Below are positions 16,744 through 25,148 of a DNA stretch of 64,000 bases, one piece after another. Made by a program: the position numbers and the translations under genes. Numbering within the stretch: position 1 is the stretch's first letter; every line of letters starts with the position of its first letter. The DNA is from Actinomycetota bacterium (GTDB lineage: Bacteria > Actinomycetota > Thermoleophilia > UBA2241): the NCBI GenBank assembly GCA_026392275.1, contig JAPLCM010000114.1:779-64778 (forward strand), given 5' to 3'. The notes under the pieces were generated by a model. The model was not told the DNA's origin and did not search any database. It saw nothing but the letters and a program-made list of their open reading frames with translations.

Positions 16744-18255
16744 ATGGACCCCTCTGCCGTACACTCCTGCGCCAGCGACCTCTGGCCGCCGGAGGCAATC
16801 GAGGCGATCCGCGCGGCGTCGCTCGAGCTGCTCGCACGGATCGGGGTGCGGGTCGATGCGCCGCGCGCCGTGGAGCTGCTCACGGCCGCCGGTTGCACAC
16901 TCGGCCCGCAGGGCCGGGTGCTGATGCCGGCGGCCGTCGTCGACGCGGCCCTGGCGGCGTGCCCCAAGGAGTACACGGTGCTCGCCCGCGACCCGGCCTT
17001 CGACGTCGTCATGAGCGCGGCGCCCGGCGACATCCGCGTGCACAACATGGGAGAGGCGCCCGACATGGCCGATGCATGCAGCGGCGAGGCCCGCCGGGCC
17101 ACTTTCCGCGACCAGGTGCTGGCGGCGCGGGTCATGCACTACGGCCGCTACCCCGACAGCATCAACAGCCTGGTCACTCCGGGCGACGTGCCGGGCGAAC
17201 TGCACCCGCTGTACTCCCACCTGGCGATCGCCGCCGAGACCGACAAGCTCATCGGCGGGCCGGGGCTCGACTTCCCTTGGCAGGCGCGGTACCTCGCGGG
17301 CATGGCCGAGGCGGTCGTCGGGGCCCGGCCCGGCGAGAGGCCGGGCGCTGCCTGCACCATCGAGATGGGCTTCTCTCCCGTGAGCCCGCTCCGTCTGAGC
17401 GCCGCCGTCTGCGATGGCATCATCGAGGCGGTTGGGCTCGGCATGGCCGTGCAGGTGCTCACCAATCCCGTCGCGGGCACGACGGCGCCGGCGTCGCTCG
17501 CCGGCGCCCTGGCACAGCAGGACGCCGAGATCCTCGCCGGCGTCGTCCTGGTGCAGGCCGTGGCTCCCGGCGCGCCGTGCAGCTACGGGGCGCGGCTCTC
17601 GGTCGCGGACCCTCGCAGCGGTCGGCTGCTGAGCGGTGTCGGAGAGTGGGCGCTCGCCTCCGTCGGCGCCACGCTGCTGGCCCGCCGTCACGGCCTCGCC
17701 TGCGACTGCTACGGGCCCGACACGTCGGCGCGGGCGCTCGACCTGCAGCTGGGCTACCAGTATGCGGTGCCCACGGTCGTCGGCGCGCTGGCGCGCCCGC
17801 GGTTCATGTCGGGCATCGGCGCCTGGGGCGACACCACTACCTGCCTCGAGCTCCTGGTGATCGGTGACGCCGTGTACCGCCTGGCACTCGGCGCCCTCGA
17901 GCCCCCGGAGTGGGGTGATGACGCTCTCGACGTCGAGGGCATGATCGAGGGCATCACGGGCGCGACGGGCTTCCTGGGCACGCGCCACACGCAGCGCTGG
18001 CTGCGGCGCACCGCGCCGTCGGAGGACCTCAGCTGGCGCGGCGGGCCGGAGCACTGGGCCGCCGCCGGGCGCCCCGACGTGCTCGAGCTGGCGCGCGCCC
18101 GGGTCGATGAGCTGATCGCGCGTGAGCCCGTGGGTCTGCCCGACGACGTGGAGGCCGAGCTGTGCCGCCTCATCGACGCGGCGGCGGCACGGCTCGGCTT
18201 CTCGAATCATCCGGACCCGCGCAAGCTCCTCGACAAGGCGCGCGGCCCGGCCTAA
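16744..18255 (+). CDS. MttB-superfamily (trimethylamine methyltransferase-like) protein, non-pyrrolysine type
   Basis: EAIEAIRAASLELLARIGVRVDAPRAVELLTAAGCTL..GRVLMPAAVVDAALAACPKEYTVLARDP follows the conserved MttB N-terminal pattern. The ORF is uninterrupted, with no in-frame TAG. Start at MDPSAV. The 16039-16743 extension in the track overlaps the upstream gene. Confidence 0.8.
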   Translation: MDPSAVHSCASDLWPPEAIEAIRAASLELLARIGVRVDAPRAVELLTAAGCTLGPQGRVLMPAAVVDAALAACPKEYTVLARDPAFDVVMSAAPGDIRVHNMGEAPDMADACSGEARRATFRDQVLAARVMHYGRYPDSINSLVTPGDVPGELHPLYSHLAIAAETDKLIGGPGLDFPWQARYLAGMAEAVVGARPGERPGAACTIEMGFSPVSPLRLSAAVCDGIIEAVGLGMAVQVLTNPVAGTTAPASLAGALAQQDAEILAGVVLVQAVAPGAPCSYGARLSVADPRSGRLLSGVGEWALASVGATLLARRHGLACDCYGPDTSARALDLQLGYQYAVPTVVGALARPRFMSGIGAWGDTTTCLELLVIGDAVYRLALGALEPPEWGDDALDVEGMIEGITGATGFLGTRHTQRWLRRTAPSEDLSWRGGPEHWAAAGRPDVLELARARVDELIAREPVGLPDDVEAELCRLIDAAAARLGFSNHPDPRKLLDKARGPA

Positions 18256-19508
18256 AGGGCCTGCTCTGGCCGTTCGCCGCGCGGCTCCCCGCCCAGTGCG
18301 GCCCTTGCCGCCGTGCCGTCCTCGTCCGCGTCTCTCGCTCCCGCCTTGGTGCGCAGGAGCGGGAAGAGCAGGGCACCCAGAAGACCGGCGGCGGCGACCA
18401 CCGTGAAGGCGCCTCGACTGCCGAGCGCATCCAACGCCCAGCCGCCGAGCAACGGGCCGAGCGCGTATCCGCCGATGTAGATCAGCGTCCAGAAGCCCAT
18501 GTAGCGGCCGCGCAGCGCCGTGGGTGCCAGGTTGGAGACCACGGTCGAAGAGATCGGGACGAGGAGCACGACCCCGAGGCTGATGGCGAGCAGGCAAGCG
18601 AACGTGAAGGGCCACGGGACGAAGGCGGCGCTGCCTGCGCCCACGCCGATGCACAGACTCGCCAGGGCCAGCAGGAACATGTGGTCGATGCGGCCGAGGA
18701 TGCGGACCACAGGGTACTGAAGGATGGCCGTTGACGCGCCGTACGCCACGAGGAGGATGCCCCACATGCCCGGCGACACCGCATTCACGTCGGCGAGCAC
18801 GATCGGCATCGTGACCATGACCTGCCCGAACGCGTACAGCGGCAACAGCGCCACGGCGCAGAAGGCCAGCATGCGGCGGTCGCGAAACACCTCTCCGTAG
18901 CCGCGAAATGCGGAGCCGAACGAGCCGCGGCCGGCCGCCGGCGGCCGGGTCTCCTTGAACAGCGTGACGACCATCAGCAGGAAAATGCCCAACACCAGAC
19001 TGGCGCCCAGGAAGCTCGTGCGGAAGGTGGGGTCGAGGGCGATGAGCGGCGCCGCAATGAGCGGTCCGATGGTGAGGCCGGTGTTCAGCGACACGCGCGT
19101 GATGCTGAACGCCTCGGCGCGGCGGGAGAGAGGCGTGAGGTCGGTCACCATGGCGTTGGTGGCCGTGAGGTACTGCGCGAAGCCCAACGCCGCCTCGAAG
19201 GCGAACAGGGCGATCACCAGCCAGAGCCGATGAGCCACGCCCAGGCCCATGAAGAGGGCCATGCCCGCGCAGATCGCCAGGATCAGCACAGGGCGGCGGC
19301 CGAAGCGGTCGGCGATCGCGCCGCCGACGATCTGGAACGGCAGGCCGGCCAGAAGCGTGACGCCGATGATGAGACCCACGGACGTCATCGACAGTCCCAG
19401 GCGCTGGTTCAGGTACAGCGTCTGGAAGGGGTAGCACATCGCCACGCCGACGGCGTAGACGAAGGTGCCGGCGACGAGCAGCCAGAACTGGCGCGGCAGC
19501 GAGCTCAA
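18252..19508 (-). CDS. MFS transporter
   Basis: 418 aa with about 12 predicted TM segments, and the MFS-type loop GGAIADRFGRRP between TM2 and TM3. Confidence 0.85.
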   Translation of the reverse strand: MSSLPRQFWLLVAGTFVYAVGVAMCYPFQTLYLNQRLGLSMTSVGLIIGVTLLAGLPFQIVGGAIADRFGRRPVLILAICAGMALFMGLGVAHRLWLVIALFAFEAALGFAQYLTATNAMVTDLTPLSRRAEAFSITRVSLNTGLTIGPLIAAPLIALDPTFRTSFLGASLVLGIFLLMVVTLFKETRPPAAGRGSFGSAFRGYGEVFRDRRMLAFCAVALLPLYAFGQVMVTMPIVLADVNAVSPGMWGILLVAYGASTAILQYPVVRILGRIDHMFLLALASLCIGVGAGSAAFVPWPFTFACLLAISLGVVLLVPISSTVVSNLAPTALRGRYMGFWTLIYIGGYALGPLLGGWALDALGSRGAFTVVAAAGLLGALLFPLLRTKAGARDADEDGTAARAALGGEPRGERPEQAL

Positions 19509-19571
19509 CTCCCCGCTGAGACGCGATCTGAGGCCCGTCTGCGCCGTGCGTCCCCCTGCCCGTGGCTTCCG

Positions 19572-19590
19572 GGCTCGATGCTATCGAGCC
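19572..19590. promoter_or_regulatory. inverted repeat GGCTCGAT-gct-ATCGAGCC in a divergent promoter region
   Basis: 8+8 bp perfect arms between the MFS (-) and pirin (+) starts. Confidence 0.25.
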
Positions 19591-19681
19591 TGAACGCCGG
19601 CGGCGACCCGGCGCCACGATTCGCACGCTGCGCCGCCGGGAACCACTCTGACATCGGCCTGCGACCCAAGGAGTGCACCCC

Positions 19682-20608
19682 ATGGCAGCCCAACCGCGCG
19701 CCGTCGAGCGCGTCATCGAGCCCACGCCCGTGATCGAGGGCGCCGGGGTACGCCTGCGGCGCAGCATCGCCACGGCGACGCTCGACTACCTCGACCCGTT
19801 CCTTCTGCTCGACAACTTCGAGTCAAGCGACCCGGACGACTATCTTGCGGGGTTCCCCTGGCATCCCCACCGCGGCATCGAGACCGTCACCTACATGCTG
19901 GCCGGCGAGGTGGATCACCGGGACAGCATCGGCAACTCCGGCATGATCGGCGCCGGCGATGTGCAGTGGATGACGGCCGGCGGCGGCATCATGCACGAGG
20001 AGATGCCGCGGCCCGGCGCCGACGGGCGTATGGGGGGCTTCCAGCTCTGGGTGAACCTCCCGGCGGAGCTCAAGATGACGCAGCCGCGCTACCAGGACCT
20101 CGGCGCGGCTCAGATACCTGAGGTACGGCGCGCCGACGGCGCCGTGATCCGCGTGGTCGCCGGGGAGGTCGACGGCTTGACCGGCGCGGTCACCGAGATC
20201 CACGCGGAGCCCGAGTACCTGGACGTCTCCCTGCCGCCCGGCGTGAGCTTCTCGCAGCCGGTGCCGCGCGGGCACTCCGCCTTCGCCTACGCATTCGCGG
20301 GCGAAGGCGTGTTCGGGGTGGGCTGCGACTTGGGCTACCGCGGCGACCTGGACGGCGAACTGCTCGTCGCGCCGCGCATGGCCGTCTTCGGCGACGGCGA
20401 CGAGGTCCGCGTGGAGGCGCGCGATCAAGCCGTGCGCTTTCTGCTGGTCAGCGGCAAGCCGCTGGGCGAGCCGATCGCGCGCTACGGGCCGTTCGTCATG
20501 AACACTCGCGAGGAGCTGCAGCTCGCGCTGCGCGATCTGCAGAGCGACACCTTCGTGTGGCGAGACGACGCGGAGTGGGCGCGCAGGCGCCGCACCTGGT
20601 CGCGGTAA
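19682..20608 (+). CDS. pirin family protein
   Basis: GFPWHPHRGIETVTYMLAGEVDHRDSIGN is the pirin cupin metal-binding motif. An AAGGAG SD lies 8 nt before ATG 19682. Confidence 0.9.
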   Translation: MAAQPRAVERVIEPTPVIEGAGVRLRRSIATATLDYLDPFLLLDNFESSDPDDYLAGFPWHPHRGIETVTYMLAGEVDHRDSIGNSGMIGAGDVQWMTAGGGIMHEEMPRPGADGRMGGFQLWVNLPAELKMTQPRYQDLGAAQIPEVRRADGAVIRVVAGEVDGLTGAVTEIHAEPEYLDVSLPPGVSFSQPVPRGHSAFAYAFAGEGVFGVGCDLGYRGDLDGELLVAPRMAVFGDGDEVRVEARDQAVRFLLVSGKPLGEPIARYGPFVMNTREELQLALRDLQSDTFVWRDDAEWARRRRTWSR

Positions 20609-20648
20609 GAAGCGCCGGCCCGGCGGGCTTCGCCCGCGCCGCCGGCCC

Positions 20649-21485
20649 TCAGCCCGTGAGTCGCAGCGTCGCCACCACGGGCCAGTGGTCCGAGGGCAGT
20701 CCCGAGCGCCCTTCCCGCGGCAGCTCGTGGGCGATCTCGGCGTGCAATACCTCCCACTGGGGCGACACCAGTACGTAGTCGATGCGCGTGCCGTCGGTGG
20801 CGCCGTCCCAGTGGTGATGGGTGCCGGCGCCCGGCCCTCGCTCGCCGAGGTGCGCCAGCGTGTCGCGGAGGCCGCCGGCGACCAGGCGTTCGACGGCCGG
20901 GTCGCCGGCCGTCGCGTTGAGGTCGCCGAGCACGATCCACGGCAGTGCCGCGTCGAGCCAGCCGAGCAGGGCGTCGGCGCTGCGCCGACGCGACTCCGCC
21001 GACGCTCCGTCCCAATGGGCGTCTGCGACGCCGAACTCGCGGCCGTCGCTACGGTCGCGGAAGCGGCACAGGGTCACCATACGGGTCACGGGATTGCCCC
21101 ATCCGAGGGATCCGGGTGCGCCGGGCGTGCTCGAGAACCAGCGTACCGTCCACGAGGCGAGCTCCAGGCGGCCCGGACGGTAGAGGACCGCGCAGCGCTC
21201 GCCGCGTTCGCGGCCGTCGTCGCGGCCGGCGCCGACGCCGGCGTAGCCGCTCAGGCGGCGCTGCAGGTGATGCTGCTGAAACCCGTGTACCTCCTGCAGG
21301 CCGACGACCTCGGCACCCAGAGCTTCGATGCATCGCGCGGCCGCGCGCCTACGCAGCGGCCAGGAGTGCCGGCCGTCCCAAGCGAGCCCGTGCCGCAGGT
21401 TGAAGCTCGTCGCCACGAGAGCCGCCCCCCGCGCTTGAGGGAGGCTGCTCTCGTGGCCCTTGGTCTCCGCGCTCCCGCTGCTCAC
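20649..21485 (-). CDS. endonuclease/exonuclease/phosphatase (EEP) family protein
   Basis: VVGLQEV..., IVLGDLNA, IDYVLVS and SDHWPVVATL are EEP catalytic motifs. Confidence 0.85.
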   Translation of the reverse strand: MSSGSAETKGHESSLPQARGAALVATSFNLRHGLAWDGRHSWPLRRRAAARCIEALGAEVVGLQEVHGFQQHHLQRRLSGYAGVGAGRDDGRERGERCAVLYRPGRLELASWTVRWFSSTPGAPGSLGWGNPVTRMVTLCRFRDRSDGREFGVADAHWDGASAESRRRSADALLGWLDAALPWIVLGDLNATAGDPAVERLVAGGLRDTLAHLGERGPGAGTHHHWDGATDGTRIDYVLVSPQWEVLHAEIAHELPREGRSGLPSDHWPVVATLRLTG

Positions 21486-21931
21486 GTGGCGAAGTGGTTC
21501 CGGAAGTTGACCGCACCGTCCTCGACGCCGGTGTGCCCGTGCACCTCATGGTCGCGCACCGGCTCGCCCTTGTGGCGCTCCTCGCCTTCGACCATGGCCT
21601 GCCTCTCGGCCTTCGTGGGCTTGCCCACCCAATTGTCACCGCGCTCGATGTAGTCCTTGAACACCACGAGATCGCGGGCGACGTTCTGCTCGAGCACCGC
21701 CCGGGACGGGCCGCCCTCTTCGTCGCCGTCGAGGTTGAAGATCACGGTCGTACGGCCGCCGCCGGCCGGCTCGAAGCTGACCAGGCCGGCGCGCACGGCG
21801 TCGACGCAGGCGAACTCGTCGCAGGCGAGTCGTTGGTGACCGCTCATGATCCAGCGCACGAAATGCGACCAGGTGGCGAGCGCGACCGATGGGGGCGCTG
21901 CCACCTCGATTTGACGACGTACAGTTGACAT
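21482..21931 (-). CDS. SRPBCC-like (cyclase/dehydrase fold) hypothetical protein
   Basis: N-terminus VRRQIEVAAPPSVALATWSHF resembles SRPBCC openings. There is a 4-bp overlap with the downstream EEP gene. Assignment is tentative. Confidence 0.5.
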   Translation of the reverse strand: MSTVRRQIEVAAPPSVALATWSHFVRWIMSGHQRLACDEFACVDAVRAGLVSFEPAGGGRTTVIFNLDGDEEGGPSRAVLEQNVARDLVVFKDYIERGDNWVGKPTKAERQAMVEGEERHKGEPVRDHEVHGHTGVEDGAVNFRNHFAT

Positions 21932-22313
21932 GATGCCTTCTCTCCTTGCCGGCCCTTGGACCTTGTGAGAGAGCCTACCCTGGCCCCTCAGGCGGCGAAC
22001 GTCGTGCCGGGGTTCACAACCCGCGCCGCTCAGGCATAAGGCCGGCGGCGCTACTACGCGGCCTTGGCCGCCTCGGCCAGTTCCTTGTGCAGGACCTTGA
22101 AGGCCTCGTAGTCGAACCGCGCATCCGTCGCTCTGTCGTAGGTGGCGAGTTAGAGAAAGACGGGTTCGTCGGCCATGCCTGCTCCTCGGTTTCGGGTGGG
22201 CGGTCTCGGCTCTGGCTGCCCGCGTCGCCGACCCGGGAAACCGTGAGCCTGACGCGGCGACGACGCGGACGGGCTTGCCCCTCTATCGCGAGGGCGCCCC
22301 GGCGAGGTAGAGT

Positions 22314-22841
22314 ATGGCCGTGATGACCTATCTGACCCGCATCGGCGTGATCTCCGACACGCACGGCTTCCTCCATCCGCAGGTCCTCGCCGAGTTCGCC
22401 GGCGTGCGCCACATCATCCACGCCGGCGACATCATGGACCCGGCCACGCTCCAAGCGCTGGAGGCTGTCGCGCCGGTGACCGCCGTGGCCGGCAACATGG
22501 ACGACGGTAAGCTGGGCAAACTGCCCCGCGAGATGTGCCTCGAGGTCGGCGGCCTACGGCTCGTGGTCGGTCACAAGCGCAAGCGCCTTCAGAAACGGAT
22601 GGCGCTCGGCAAGGTCGATGGTCTCGGCACCGGCGAGGCTCCCGACCTCATCATCTTCGGGCACGACCACCTGCCCTCAGCGGAGTGGGTCGACGGCGCA
22701 CTGTACTTGAACCCGGGCTCGGCCAGCGCTCCGCACGAGGAGGACGACGATCCCACGATCGCGATCGTCGAGCGCGGAACGTCAGGGCTCGAGGTACGGT
22801 TCGTCCCGCTCAAGCGCTCCCCCGAGGCCTTCACCGACTGA
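22314..22841 (+). CDS. YfcE/MJ0936-type metallophosphoesterase
   Basis: IGVISDTHG, IHAGDI, IFGHDH and LNPGSAS motifs. Confidence 0.85.
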   Translation: MAVMTYLTRIGVISDTHGFLHPQVLAEFAGVRHIIHAGDIMDPATLQALEAVAPVTAVAGNMDDGKLGKLPREMCLEVGGLRLVVGHKRKRLQKRMALGKVDGLGTGEAPDLIIFGHDHLPSAEWVDGALYLNPGSASAPHEEDDDPTIAIVERGTSGLEVRFVPLKRSPEAFTD

Positions 22842-22958
22842 AGCGCGCTGGGCGCGACCCTGTCGGTCCTGGCCCGGCACGGCGCATGCAGCGAACGACG
22901 TGGGACACGCCAGCCTGAGAGGTCGCTGCGGACATCACTGCCACACAAGCTCCACGCG

Positions 22959-23160
22959 GTGCGTGCCGCCGAACCGCTACGGCCCAAGCTGGTCATCCCC
23001 ATCCATTGGGGTACGTACCACCTGCCGGGCACCGCGCGCACGCGCATGCGGTGGGACCCGCACCGGCGGTCGCCCTCTGTGTTCATGCGCGAGGTGGTGT
23101 CTCTGAGACCCGACATCCGCACCGTGCTGCTCAACCCGGGCCAGAGCCTCGATCTCGTCA
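22959..23160 (+). pseudogene. remnant: last ~65 aa of an MBL-fold metallo-hydrolase
   Basis: AAEPLRPKLVIPIHWGTYHLPG...FMREV...[13 protein letters not shown] matches the C-terminal end of UPF0173-like MBL-fold hydrolases. The in-frame upstream sequence shows no MBL motifs. The frame runs on into the next gene without its own stop. Confidence 0.5.
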
Positions 23161-23217
23161 GAGGCGCCGGCCGGTACCCCGGGTCCTTGGGGCTCCCACA
23201 CGACCGCAGGAGGCCAC

Positions 23218-23679
23218 GTGAAGTCGCACACCGTCTACAGGACCTTCCACGTCGAGCAGCGCCGCGCCTTCGTGCGCATCACCGAGGATGTGCAGCGCGC
23301 CGTCGACGAGTCCGGGATCAGCGAAGGCATGGCGCTGGTCTCGGCGATGCACATCACGGCCGGCGTGTGGGTCAACGACGACGAGCCCGGCCTCCAGGCC
23401 GATGCGCTGGAGTGGCTCGACAAACTGGCGCCGCCGTCCTGGCAGCCGCCGGCCGACGACGTGGCCCGGCAACTGCTCCCCGACGGCGGCGACTACCGCC
23501 ACCACCGCGGCGGTGAGGACAACGGCGACGCCCACCTCAAGAACCTGCTCGTGCACCACCAAGTGATCGTCCCGGTCACCGCCGGCAGACTCGATCTGGG
23601 GCCCTGGCAGGCCGTCTTCTACTGCGAGTTCGACGGGCGGCGTAGCAAGCGGCTCATCATCAAGGTGCTCGGGGAGTAG
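23218..23679 (+). CDS. YjbQ/UPF0047 family (secondary thiamine-phosphate synthase) protein
   Basis: [26 protein letters not shown]...[38 protein letters not shown] is typical of YjbQ. An AGGAGG SD precedes GTG 23218. Confidence 0.9.
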   Translation: MKSHTVYRTFHVEQRRAFVRITEDVQRAVDESGISEGMALVSAMHITAGVWVNDDEPGLQADALEWLDKLAPPSWQPPADDVARQLLPDGGDYRHHRGGEDNGDAHLKNLLVHHQVIVPVTAGRLDLGPWQAVFYCEFDGRRSKRLIIKVLGE

Positions 23680-23728
23680 AATCGCGGGCAGGCGCCTTCA
23701 CGAGGGAGTCTCAGTCGCGAAGGCGAAG

Positions 23729-24325
23729 ATGGTCGCAGCACAGCGAGAGACGAGCGATGAGGGGGACGGCGAGATGGACGAGCAGCAGAGCGCGACGGTC
23801 GTGGTCGTCAACCAAAGGGCGCTGGCGCACCGCTACTGGGGCGTCATGCTGGCGGCGGGGATCGTCGCCATCATCTTCGGCATCATCGTGCTGGCCAACA
23901 TCTGGGGCAGCGTGCGCCTTGTGGCCGTCCTCGCCGGCCTGTTCCTCGTCTTCGCCGGCATCATGCAGCTCGTGCACGCCGCCGGCGCCGAGCGCAAGAC
24001 AGGCAGGATCATCGGCGGGCTCGTGATCCTGATCCTCGGGCTGGTCCTCGTCTTCTGGCCCGACTCGTCGGTCAAGACCGTGGCCGTGCTCGTGGGCCTC
24101 GCCTTCCTCTTCTGGGGCGTCGTGATGGCTGTCGCGGCCTTCGTCGACCGCGGCGAAGGCTGGGGCATCGCCGCGGGATTCGGCGTCCTGCTGGCGCTCG
24201 TCGGCGTCATCGTCATCGCCTGGCCGGGGCCGACGATCGCCATCCTCATGATCCTCGTCGGCCTCGACGCGATCCTCTTCGGGGCGTCGATGATCGCCCA
24301 GGGGCTGGCGCTGCGCAGGGCGTGA
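23729..24325 (+). CDS. HdeD/DUF308 family membrane protein
   Basis: Repeated DUF308 helices (YWGVMLAAGIVAIIFGIIVL...). Confidence 0.8.
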   Translation: MVAAQRETSDEGDGEMDEQQSATVVVVNQRALAHRYWGVMLAAGIVAIIFGIIVLANIWGSVRLVAVLAGLFLVFAGIMQLVHAAGAERKTGRIIGGLVILILGLVLVFWPDSSVKTVAVLVGLAFLFWGVVMAVAAFVDRGEGWGIAAGFGVLLALVGVIVIAWPGPTIAILMILVGLDAILFGASMIAQGLALRRA

Positions 24326-24326
24326 C

Positions 24327-24905
24327 GTGAACGCCGACCCGCCAGAGGAGGACCGCCGTCCCTCGGGGCTCGTCGGGCAGATGGTCGCCTCAAGCCGGTT
24401 CTTCGTGCTCCTGGCCACCATCAGCCTGTTCCTCGCCTTCATGGCGGTCATGGTGTCGACGATCATCGAAAGCGTGAACACGGTCTTGACCGCCGTGTTC
24501 GGAGAAGGCATGACGCAGAACGAGCTGATCGGCAAGCTGATCAAGCAGGCCGACTACGCGCTGCTCGCCACCGTGCTCTACGTGCTCGCGCTTGGCCTCT
24601 ACAGCCTCTTCGTCGACGACCGCATCCCGATGCCCGGCTGGCTCCGCATCAGTGACCTCGGGCAGCTCAAGGAGCTCCTTGCGGGAGTGGTCGTGGTCGC
24701 CATCGCCGTCATCTTCCTGGGGGAGGCGCTCACGTGGGACGGCAATTCCGACCTGTTGGCGCCAGGCCTCGCGTCGGCGGCCGTGATCGCCGCGCTCGCC
24801 TTGTTCCTCTGGCAGGCCACGCGCGACCGTCAGCTGGACCGCGAGGCCGAACCTCCGAGCCAGGCCGACGGCGACCACGGAGACAACGCCAGCGGCGTCG
24901 CCTGA
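24327..24905 (+). CDS. YqhA (UPF0114) family membrane protein
   Basis: LYSLFVDDRIPMPGWLRISDLGQLKELLAGVVVVAIAV matches the conserved YqhA core. GTG lies 1 nt after the upstream stop. Confidence 0.7.
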   Translation: MNADPPEEDRRPSGLVGQMVASSRFFVLLATISLFLAFMAVMVSTIIESVNTVLTAVFGEGMTQNELIGKLIKQADYALLATVLYVLALGLYSLFVDDRIPMPGWLRISDLGQLKELLAGVVVVAIAVIFLGEALTWDGNSDLLAPGLASAAVIAALALFLWQATRDRQLDREAEPPSQADGDHGDNASGVA

Positions 24906-25030
24906 CGGGCGCGCGTCCGGATCCGGAGAGCTCGCCGCTCTTGTCGATCGGCTGCATCTTGCTCTCCAAGTGAAAGGCCTGATCGGCGGCTCCGCTCCGC
25001 CGGCCGCCGCCTGACACGGAGATCAGCTCG

Positions 25031-25120
25031 TCAGGACCGCAGCAGGGCGAACAGCGCTGCGGCGCCGATCGCAAGCAGGGCCACGAAGATCACGACGCGG
25101 GTGGTGTGGACGTGGCGCAC
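25031..25120 (-). CDS. 29-aa single-TM micro-protein (hypothetical)
   Basis: GTG 25120 is preceded by GAGGAAAGGAGG with a 6-nt spacer. It encodes (M)RHVHTTRVVIFVALLAIGAAALFALLRS. It starts 28 nt after the stop of the NOX-like gene on the same strand. It is below the 60-aa cut-off of the track. Confidence 0.5.
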   Translation of the reverse strand: MRHVHTTRVVIFVALLAIGAAALFALLRS

Positions 25121-25148
25121 GGGCTGCCTCCTTTCCTCGCCGTGCGCC

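Noticed and set aside
16408-19773. A 1121-aa ORF on the minus strand. Similar very long ORFs occur at 2457-4448 (+), 12234-14591 (-), 54650-57031 (+), 59005-61428 (-) and 59850-61874 (+).
   Set aside because: Their composition is dominated by R/P/G/A with no recognisable motifs. Each lies antisense or out of frame to a gene with clear family signatures. These are typical stop-codon-poor shadow frames of high-GC DNA.
22054-22176. A short minus-strand ORF, MADEPVFL-TAA-LATYDRATDARFDYEAFKVLHKELAEAAKAA, with an in-frame TAA after codon 8. I considered stop-codon read-through, recoding, or a gene remnant.
   Set aside because: Only about 40 codons in total, no SD, and no family I can name. A stray TAA in a non-coding divergent promoter region is the simpler explanation.
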